Source: an uncultured Acidimicrobiales bacterium (GTDB taxonomy: Bacteria; Actinomycetota; Acidimicrobiia; Acidimicrobiales; CATQHL01). From it: a stretch of DNA of 64,000 nt. Both the position numbers and the translations under genes were made by a program. Each line of letters starts with the position of its first letter. The stretch's first letter is position 1. The stretch lies in assembly GCA_958295925.1 (NCBI GenBank), contig CATQHL010000001.1, positions 755,931 through 819,930 on the forward strand. Reading direction: 5' to 3'. A model generated the notes under the pieces. The model worked only from the letters and a program-made list of their open reading frames with translations. It was not told the DNA's origin and did not search any database. Shown piece after piece: positions 1-9,640 of this stretch.

Positions 1-491
1 GAACGACATCGCATTGAGCATGCCGATGATCCCGATGGCGCAGAGCCTCGGATTCAAGTCGGGCGGATTACGCCTTCGCCCTGTCCTCGACGAATCTGGC
101 TGCGCAGAAACCCGCTGTAGACCTCGCCCGCCTCCCGTATAACCCTCTGCCGCTCAGGGGAGAGGGCGCGAAAGTCCCTGAAGAAGACGTAATGTCTGGA
201 CGCGGGTAGAGGCAAACACCTCCACGTGCTTGCGGACGAGGGCGCCGATCATCCCCAGTGCGTTCCCGTCCCGCTGCTCAAGCTCCTCAACGGCGGCAAG
301 GGCTGCGTCATAGGCCTCTTTGATGACGGTAAACAGCAAGTCCTCCTTGGACTCGATATAAGTAGTAGAGGCTGCCTTTTAGTATCCCGCGCCTCTGCGA
401 TGTCCTGCGTGGACGTGGCGTCGTACCCCTTCCGCTCAAAGACGTGTGCCGCCGCATCGATGATTTCCCGCCTGCGGTTGTTGTCGTGCAC
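1..491 (-). pseudogene. TetR/AcrR-family regulator, decayed by at least 4 frameshifts; C-terminal end runs off the window
   Basis: The HTH N-terminus 'REIIDAAAHVFERKGYDATSTQDIAEA' (ORF 249..491) continues only by frame hopping. Next come 'GILKGSLYY' (frame of ORF 308..493) and 'YIESKEDLLFTVIKEAYDAALAAVEEL' (frame of ORF 154..339). Then follow 'VFFRDFRALSPERQRVIREAGEVYSGFLRSQIRRGQGEGVIRP' and 'LNPRLCAIGIIGMLNAMSF' (my manual translation of nt ~1-200). Confidence 0.7.
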
Positions 492-671
492 AAGCGCTCA
501 GGCTAGCCGCTGCGGAACTAGCGCCGGGAAGCGGGTGGACGAAACAAACATTCTTAGCACTGATTTAACACTTAATCCAATTAATCAATTCAATACCGCT
601 AGAATAGTAATATACTTGTAAAATACATCCTCTAGATCGAGAAGTATCTGACCAATAACGAAGTGTGACCT

Positions 672-1754
672 ATGAATAAAAATCGAACCTCTGCCCCCAT
701 ACAGAACACTTGGCAACCTCCGCGTTCGACTGGGAACCTCAAAGGACTGAGAGAGCCCATTTCCTGGAACGAAAACCGCAATTTCAAGATCCTCTCTCTC
801 GCAGGAGGTGGGATTAGAGGTATCTTCCAAGCAGAAGTATTATCCCAATTGGAAAAGCAATACCTCAATGGTGAACCAATTGGAAAATATTTTGATTTGA
901 TAACTGGAACTTCTACTGGGGGTATCATTGCCATCGCTCTTGGAAAAGGTCTTTCAGCCCAAGAAATATCGGAGTTTTATCGCAGAAGAGGAAGAGAGAT
1001 TTTTCCACCAGTTTGCACAATTTGGCGAAAATGTCGTAAGATAATCAAGATGTTTCGCAATAAATACGATCCTGATGTCTTGAAAAAATGTCTAGATGTA
1101 TTGCTGGGGAACTCTCTCGTCGGTGACTCTAAGACGATGCTCTGCATACCAGCCTCTGAAGGCGAACACAGCGATGTTGTCGTGTACAAGACTGATCATC
1201 ATCCAGATTATAAAATGGACTGGAAAAAACCAATGGTTGAAGTAGCTATGGCTACGTCTGCCGCACCAGTCTATTTTAGAATTCAACACGATCGAGGATA
1301 CAAACTCATGGATGGAGGATTGTGGGCTAACGACCCAATACTAATAGGGGCGATAGAGGCTTTGACCAGCTTTTCTGTTCCACGCAGTCAAATCAAGATT
1401 TTAAGTATCACCAACTCGACCGGAAATCATCCAGTTTTAAAAAAACAAGCAAAAGGCGGAGGCTTTTTGGCTTTCCACACTATACTGGATACGATGTTAG
1501 CATTCCAATCCGAAGGTGCCAAAGGACAGGCATCTTTACTTTTAGGGGCTGATTCTGTTCTCACAATTAAGCCATCTGGCGTCAAGCAGCCACCCATTGC
1601 CTTGGACGACTGGAAGAGATCGGTGCAAAAATTGCCACCCGCAGCCATTTCAGCCATTAATATATGTGGCCAGGAAATACGCGAGCGCTTTCTTTCAGAA
1701 GAAGCAAGTCCCTATATAAAGCACCATGCTAGACAAGATGGATGCTATACTTAG
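672..1754 (+). CDS. patatin-like phospholipase (CBASS CapV-like effector)
   Basis: 'LSLAGGGIRGIF' is the Gly-rich oxyanion loop, 'GTSTGG' the GxSxG nucleophile elbow and 'MDGGLWANDP' the DGG catalytic Asp motif. The gene lies 27 nt upstream of a nucleotidyltransferase gene in an AT-rich island. Confidence 0.88.
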   Translation: MNKNRTSAPIQNTWQPPRSTGNLKGLREPISWNENRNFKILSLAGGGIRGIFQAEVLSQLEKQYLNGEPIGKYFDLITGTSTGGIIAIALGKGLSAQEISEFYRRRGREIFPPVCTIWRKCRKIIKMFRNKYDPDVLKKCLDVLLGNSLVGDSKTMLCIPASEGEHSDVVVYKTDHHPDYKMDWKKPMVEVAMATSAAPVYFRIQHDRGYKLMDGGLWANDPILIGAIEALTSFSVPRSQIKILSITNSTGNHPVLKKQAKGGGFLAFHTILDTMLAFQSEGAKGQASLLLGADSVLTIKPSGVKQPPIALDDWKRSVQKLPPAAISAINICGQEIRERFLSEEASPYIKHHARQDGCYT

Positions 1755-1781
1755 CCTGAGTAGCCTATAGAAGGAGGTCCC

Positions 1782-2741
1782 ATGAAAATTGATAATCACT
1801 TTGAAAATTTTCTAAGCAAAGATGTCAACCTTAACCAGACTAGGCTAGTCAATCTCAATGAAAAGGCAAAAAATGTCAGTAATTTCCTCAGTAATAATCT
1901 TGATGGATTCGTAAGCATTACCAAACAAGGATCCTATGCCCTTGGAACAATTATCAAGCCTGTCCGCGCGAAACAAGAATACGATGTAGACATGCTGGTA
2001 TTTATGGAGTGCGAAATTTGTGAACCAGCCTCCTATTATGTTGATTCTCTCTACGACACACTACAAGCTGGAAGCTACAAAAACATTTCCTCCAAGGGCA
2101 CCCGATGCGTTAAACTCAATTATGCTAGAGACTTTCATATGGATTTAGTCCCCTGCATCAAAATCAACGGAGAATACAATATATGTAACCGCACTACCGA
2201 TGACTTCGAAATGTCCGATGGTACTGGCTACCAGAACTGGTTTCTCTCGCAAAACTCGCTAACCAATGGAAATCTGAAACGTGTGGTCAAGCTCCTAAAA
2301 TTTCTAAAGTCCCACCGCACCAACTTTACAGCAAAATCCATATTACTTACCACATTGGCTGGTAATCAGATCACAAGTACATCGGCCGATCTGTGCCAGA
2401 CTGTTCCTGAAGCATTATTGAACATATCAACAGGTATTCGAGATTTCCTACAAGAGCATGACCAGGTGCCAACAATTTGCAATCCAGCTTTACCAAAAGA
2501 AACTTTCAACAGACATTGGGATCAAAACAAATTCAATAACTTCAAGGAAAAGTTCTGCAACATTGTAGAAATAATAATTGAAGCATATAATGAATCAGAC
2601 AATACAAAGAGCTTAGACAAGTGGCGGAAACTTTTTGGTCAGCAATTTGGCTCGTCTACGGACAACTCGACAACTACCACAAAGAACATATCGGCTGGAA
2701 TTTTTTCTAGCCCACCCAAACCATATTTATCTTCATGGTAA
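1782..2741 (+). CDS. SMODS / CD-NTase-like nucleotidyltransferase (candidate CBASS cyclase)
   Basis: 'QGSYALGTIIKP..EYDVDMLVF' gives the GS..DxD Pol-beta-fold NTase motif, and the third acidic residue is in 'FHMDLVPC'. The N-terminal 'FENFLSKDVNLNQTRL' helix is typical of SMODS proteins. RBS AAGGAGG lies 4 nt before the ATG. Confidence 0.75.
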   Translation: MKIDNHFENFLSKDVNLNQTRLVNLNEKAKNVSNFLSNNLDGFVSITKQGSYALGTIIKPVRAKQEYDVDMLVFMECEICEPASYYVDSLYDTLQAGSYKNISSKGTRCVKLNYARDFHMDLVPCIKINGEYNICNRTTDDFEMSDGTGYQNWFLSQNSLTNGNLKRVVKLLKFLKSHRTNFTAKSILLTTLAGNQITSTSADLCQTVPEALLNISTGIRDFLQEHDQVPTICNPALPKETFNRHWDQNKFNNFKEKFCNIVEIIIEAYNESDNTKSLDKWRKLFGQQFGSSTDNSTTTTKNISAGIFSSPPKPYLSSW

Positions 2742-3445
2742 CACCTTTTATAATACTCGAAACTCAAGAAAAATATCCGGGGCTGCGCCATGATGGTTCG
2801 AGGAACGTTCTTCTTGGAGAGTTAGCTTTTTCTGCTTGCTGGCATAAAGACAGACGGCAACTGAAGAGAGAAATACCTCTTGACAGCAACTCCCGAGAAT
2901 TTCCGAACTTTATTGAAGATTCACACAGTATTGAGATACTCCTGTCGGAGGAATCACGCGACCTCAACGAAAGGCATCCTAAGGTCATCGCATCGGACGT
3001 TGAGCGAATAGACCACACAGTTGTCTCAAAGTCAATAAACTTGATAGACCTTCATATTTATGAAGACCGTTCTTGCTGCTTAATGCTAGGGCAACCTCAA
3101 CTTGCTGAACTGCCCTTGCCATCATTTATTGGAAATGTTGTAGTACCCTTCTTTTATAGAATATCTTATGTTGAACGCCACGGCTTAACGATGGCTCGTA
3201 GCGAGCTTTGGGGAGAGTACTCGCATGGAGCAGAAGGATTGCGCGAGCGGTCATATGAAAGTGATCTGAAGAATCTAAAAGACATTCCCCGAAATGCTCC
3301 CTGTAGTTGTGGAAGCAATCTAAAATTCAAGAGATGCTGTATAAAAAAATTTAATGCGAAACAAAATATAGAAAGAGATCTGCAAAATGCCGAGCAACTT
3401 TCTAATGCTAGGAGACATCAATTGGACCGAGTAAAGTATATATAA
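2735..3445 (+). CDS. SEC-C-motif protein of unknown function, third gene of the CBASS-like operon
   Basis: The C-terminal 'PCSCGSNLKFKRCC' is a SecA-type Zn-binding SEC-C motif. The ATG overlaps the upstream stop (ATGGTAA, 7-nt overlap). The gene has the same low GC as the two upstream genes. Confidence 0.75.
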   Translation: MVTPFIILETQEKYPGLRHDGSRNVLLGELAFSACWHKDRRQLKREIPLDSNSREFPNFIEDSHSIEILLSEESRDLNERHPKVIASDVERIDHTVVSKSINLIDLHIYEDRSCCLMLGQPQLAELPLPSFIGNVVVPFFYRISYVERHGLTMARSELWGEYSHGAEGLRERSYESDLKNLKDIPRNAPCSCGSNLKFKRCCIKKFNAKQNIERDLQNAEQLSNARRHQLDRVKYI

Positions 3446-3449
3446 AAAC

Positions 3450-3470
3450 TGCAATTTGCAAGAAATTGCA
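3450..3470. terminator. hairpin between convergent genes (TGCAATTT-GCAAG-AAATTGCA)
   Basis: Perfect 8-bp stem with a 5-nt loop. On the minus strand it is followed by GTTTTTATA (a T5 run), which fits an intrinsic terminator for the methyltransferase gene. There is no T-run on the plus strand. Confidence 0.45.
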
Positions 3471-3528
3471 TCCGAGAATTACAATTATACTCAATTTGTA
3501 TTACTCAATAGCCCACTTAATGATATTT

Positions 3529-6347
3529 CTATTTCTCCCATAGTTTATTTTCGGTCATTCTTGGGCGAATTGCTAGTAACCTTGACCAAGTTGCGACTAG
3601 ACTATTGTAAGTGTCGGCCTCTTCGCTCCAGTCGTTATCGCTGGCGATCATATAGAGAAGATAGGCGAGCTCGCGGGCGTGATCACCGACGCCGCCTAGG
3701 CGTGCCAGTAACCTTGCCGCCTGCGACTCCGACTGCTCGAGATTCACAGCTAGATGCTGGAGTGCCTCCCAAGCAGTGAGCCTGGAGTCTTCGGCTGGAT
3801 CCCACCTAGTGTCAAGTTCGGATCGGTCAAAAAGGCGGAACTTGCCACCTGATGCTTCTCCCACACCAGCCTTTACGACACCATCCACTGCAGTATTCTT
3901 GGCGCGGGCGATGGAGTCGGCGTCACCGAATGGGCCGGTGTCGAAACCATGCTGTGTGTACCAGGCCAGCGCAAAACGGGTGTCAGAATCCAGTTCGGAC
4001 TCCTCCCCGTGAAGGACATCGTCGAGCACTTCATTAATTATTGCCAAAGCATCACTCACAGGCATAGTAGAGCCGTTCGCCTCGACAACCTTGGCATAAC
4101 GTGAAAATACTTTTATACCCGGCCCAATTGTTGACTGAGGCAAGTCAACTGGAGCAATGCTGCCAGACTGAAGGAGTTCAATCGCGCTCGGAAGTTCGAT
4201 CCGGAGGGCGTTTACAAACTCGCTACTGGTAGCAAGAGGGGCTAATTTGGAGCGAGGACGGCAGGCTAAGACAATTGAAGATGCTAGAGCGTTGGAATTA
4301 ACAGAACGTGGGCGGTTGCTATACTCTGTTCGCAACGGCCAAGTAGCAGTGACCTGCAAGCCAGCATCAATTACTGCCTGCAGAAATGTATCCCAGCCTG
4401 TGGAGTTAACTTTACCTTCCGCCTGGGATTCTGTGGCTTTATAGCCGTAATAGATGGTTGCAGGAGCATCAGGATGCTGAGTAGCAGCGACTTCAGTCAT
4501 GAACTCTGCCATCCCTGATTCAAAGTGCTCTTTAGCCTTATCAACTCCTCCGTGACGGACGGGATCGGCAATCATTTCTTGTGCCTTAGGGGTATAGATA
4601 GTTGCGCACTCGTTATACCAAATATCTGCTAAGTTACGCCGTAGCCAAATATAAAAGAAATCAGAAACATCTGCGTACCCTATATTGTCATAGTACGGAG
4701 GATCAGTTGAAATAACTGCTCTCGACAAGTCCCGTGTTCTAGCGCGTGCGTCACTCTGACATACTTCAGACGAACCCGTTGCGGGAAAATGTTCAACAGC
4801 TCTACATATCCAATTCAACTGTCCTTGCCAATTACCTGTTGAAGACGAAAAAGGGTTCGCTTCAACAAAATCCCATGTCATAGGAATAGCTTGGCGACCA
4901 AATGTATGTGCAATCGTTTCACGAGAGTTTCCCCAGAGGCATACTTTAGACCAGTAATCCGCACATCTATCGATTCCGAAGGACAAGTATGTAATAATAG
5001 CATCTGCATATGCTTCAATACCACTTCCACCATCGCGCAAGCACACATTCTCCAAGGAAAGTTCTGCTGCTCTTGCATCGTTAATTATTCTCTCAGTAAC
5101 TTCGTTAAGTAAGTCAGAAAAAGTGGAGAGTGCTAGGAGTTGGCGTTCTGTGAATAGCTCCCACCACTCTTCCAAGCCATAGTTCTGCACCCTAAACCCG
5201 AGACCCTTACCCTTAGGAGGTAAATTGCCAACAGGCCTGCTAGCAGTCACCACAAGCTTGGCCGCATTTTGGCAAGCAGTCAAATCTTCAAATGAAGATT
5301 TGCAATATTGACGCCCCCAATTACTTTCTGCAACAACTGCTAGAAGGTGCGCCCCTATGCGTCCTGCCCTACCTTCGGAGCGAATGTAGTCCACCGGAAT
5401 TGCCGCGCCGGTGGCGATGCAAATGCCATTGCCACGCTTTACTGTTGGATCAGGGCATTGACCACTTTGCCCCCCCCCGCAAATCCATAGTTGACCTTGT
5501 AGTCGATTGCCTGAGCGACACGGTCGATGACTGGTTCTACCCAAACTTCGGGCTTGCCTTTCTTAGCTTTGCGAAGCGTCCATGACTTTACAAGTGGAAC
5601 ATGCCCGTCCCAAGCCGGATCGGGCGATTTGACAGTCCGAGCCCAAATCCATGCAATCGGAGTTAACTGTTCGCCGTTGGGTCCGGTGGCGTCGGGGTAT
5701 AAGTGACCGATCCTACGCTCGGCTTCGTAGCGCATCCAGGTGCCGTAAGCCTTGATGTCGGCAGCTAGTCCTTGCGCCTTACTCCAGGAACCTAGTTCAT
5801 TTTGAGCATCTGGGTGCACCGGAGGTCGACCGGCGAAACGCGGGGGAATCTCCAGCATCGCCTTATTTATCAATACAGCTACAGGATTCAGATCACTAGC
5901 CAGTGTCTTGAGTCCCAGTCGCTGTGCCTCCAGCGGAATTGACCCGCCCCCCGCAAACGGGTCAAGCACCACAGGCAATTCACCCTCGAAGCAACGTTCG
6001 ATCTCCTTCTTGGCTTCAGCCAACACATCCGGGTCGTTGCTGTTCTTCCAAACCACTAACTGCTCTAATATCTTGAACAAGCGCTCACGTTCATCCGCCT
6101 GTTCCTCCTTTGTCGGAAACTTGTCTGGGTGGGCAGATGGATCATCTACCAACGAAGCCCAGAGCACCGCACGGCAGGCAGCCAACGGACGCCGAGCCCA
6201 CCAGAGATGCAGCGTCGACGGATGGCCATGCCGAATCGACTTCTCGCGCGCAGACGCCTTGTTGATCGCATCTAGCGGCAGCGCCACCTCGATCAACTTG
6301 GGCTTGAATGCGGGCATAGGCAGGAACTGCAAGATATCTGACTCCAA
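3529..6347 (-). pseudogene. DUF1156-type (COG1743-like) DNA amino-methyltransferase, reading frame broken at a G9 homopolymer
   Basis: ORF 5439..6347 carries '[46 protein letters not shown]' (DUF1156 hallmark) and '[19 protein letters not shown]' (SAM motif I). ORF 3529..5544 continues with '[21 protein letters not shown]' and 'ISTDPPYYDNIGYA' (motif IV, DPPY). The two frames join at 5470-5478. The likely true start is ATG 6317 ('[11 protein letters not shown]'). Confidence 0.8.
5470..5478. repeat. C9 (G9 on coding strand) homopolymer at the methyltransferase frameshift point
   Basis: Counted directly. Coding strand reads ..TTT GCG GGG GGG GGC AAA.. then a stop 10 codons later. G10 or G7 would read ..[13 protein letters not shown].. 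in frame with the 671-aa ORF. Confidence 0.95.
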
Positions 6348-6348
6348 G

Positions 6349-6363
6349 CCCCCCCCCCCCCCC
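6349..6363. repeat. C15 (G15 on the methyltransferase strand) homopolymer in the 5' leader/promoter region
   Basis: Counted directly. The tract ends 2 nt upstream of the TTG at 6347 and 32 nt upstream of the ATG at 6317. It also marks the right-hand edge of the lower-GC island. Confidence 0.95.
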
Positions 6364-6487
6364 GAAATTCAAACACTTGTTTGATTCCCGTAATTTCGGC
6401 TAGATTGTGGGGCGGAGACGCCTGCCACTCGACAAATCCGCTCTCTAAGCCCAAGCACACCGAATCTCTAGGCCCAAGTGAGCCTGA

Positions 6488-8209
<1,722 letters not shown>

Positions 8210-8677
8210 AGAGTTGACCGAGCACCCCCTGCGAATCGTTCTCGCCAAACTCGGTTTCGACGGGCACGACCGCGGCATCAAGGTAGTAGCCAGGATGCTG
8301 CGCGACGTCGGCTTCGAGGTGATCTACCTGGGCCTTCGGCAGAGCACCGACACTGTGCTGGCGGCAGCCGAGCAGGAAGACGCCGACGCCGTCGGCCTGT
8401 CAATTCACAACGGCGGGCACATGACGCTCGCCCCGCGGATGGTGAACACCCTGCGGGAAGCAGGAGTGGGCATCCCCGTTGTCGTGGGAGGCATCGTGCC
8501 GGCCGTCGACGTTCCCCTGCTGCTTGAGGAGGGGGTGGCGGCCGTGCTCGGGCCGGGCGCCTCGGCCGCCGAGGTAGGCGAAACGATTCGCTCGGCCGTG
8601 GAGGCGGCGCGGGCGGACGTCGACTGAGGCGGGAGGATCACCGGCTGAGACCGGAACAGACCGGAACCGATTCCCAG

Positions 8678-9640
8678 GTGACCCGCGAACCGGCCGAACT
8701 CTTCAAAGCAGCCTGCGGCGGCGACCGCCGGGCGACAGGCAGGCTGCTCTCGCTCGTGGAAAGGGGCGGCGCCGACGGAGACCTCGTCGCCCAGATTGCC
8801 TGGCCCAAGACTGGTGGCGCTCATGTGGTAGGCGTCACGGGAGCCCCTGGGGTGGGCAAGTCCACGCTTGTTGATAGGATGGCCGCTGCGGCAATCGCCG
8901 AGGGCGGGCGTGTTGCGATTTTGGCGGTTGACCCCTCCTCCCCGCTCACCGGGGGCGCAATCCTGGGAGACCGCGTGCGCATGAACTCAGCCCTGGGCGC
9001 CCCCGCCGGGAAAAGCCCGTTCATCAGGTCTATGGCGTCAAGAGGCCAGTCGGGCGGGCTGGCCCTGGCAGCGCTGGGCGCCGTGAGGGTTCTGGACGCC
9101 GTGGGGCACGACCCGATAATCGTGGAGACGGTCGGAACCGGCCAGGTTGAGGTCGACGTGGTCAACGCGGCCGACACCGTCGTCGTTGCCGTGAGCCCTG
9201 GCTGGGGAGACGCCGTGCAGGCCAACAAGGCGGGGCTGCTGGAGCTCGCCGACGTGTTCGCTGTGAACAAGTCCGACCGCCCAGGCGCCGCCGACGCCCG
9301 CCGAGACCTCGAACTAATGCTGGATTTGGGCGACCACCCCGACTGGCGACCCCCCATAGTGGAGACCACCGCCACTGCGGGCGAGGGCGTCGAGGCGCTC
9401 TGGAAGCACGTGTGCTCGCATCGCCTTCATCTGCTCGAGACGCATTCACTGGAGGCACGACGAGGCGGGCGAGCCGCCGAGGAGGTGCGCCGCCACCTCC
9501 ACAACCGCATCGACGGCCTCATTGCGCGCCCGTCAGAGCAGGTTCGCCAACTCATCCGTGAGGTGACGGAGGGACTGCGCCCGCCATCAGAGGCGGCGCA
9601 GACGATATTGAGGAGCCAGCCGCCGGGCGATTCTCCTTAG
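8678..9640 (+). CDS. meaB: methylmalonyl-CoA mutase-associated G-protein chaperone MeaB/ArgK
   Basis: P-loop 'GVTGAPGVGKSTLV', then 'DPSSPLTGGAILGDR', 'VETVGTGQ' and 'VNKSD' (NKxD). Confidence 0.88.
   Translation: MTREPAELFKAACGGDRRATGRLLSLVERGGADGDLVAQIAWPKTGGAHVVGVTGAPGVGKSTLVDRMAAAAIAEGGRVAILAVDPSSPLTGGAILGDRVRMNSALGAPAGKSPFIRSMASRGQSGGLALAALGAVRVLDAVGHDPIIVETVGTGQVEVDVVNAADTVVVAVSPGWGDAVQANKAGLLELADVFAVNKSDRPGAADARRDLELMLDLGDHPDWRPPIVETTATAGEGVEALWKHVCSHRLHLLETHSLEARRGGRAAEEVRRHLHNRIDGLIARPSEQVRQLIREVTEGLRPPSEAAQTILRSQPPGDSP

Noticed and set aside
540-6363. Calling the lower-GC island a defined integrative mobile element
   Set aside because: I found no integrase, transposase or tRNA gene, and no convincing flanking direct or inverted repeats by eye. 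Only the compositional break and the cargo support horizontal origin, so no mobile_element feature is reported.
6409-6430. The string GGGGCGGAGACGCCTGCCACTC upstream of icmA, which vaguely resembles a cobalamin-riboswitch B12 box
   Set aside because: Only ~120 nt separate the poly-C tract from the start codon, which is too short for the ~200-nt riboswitch. The match is imperfect. B12-using mutases are not typical riboswitch targets. Confirmation would need a covariance-model scan.
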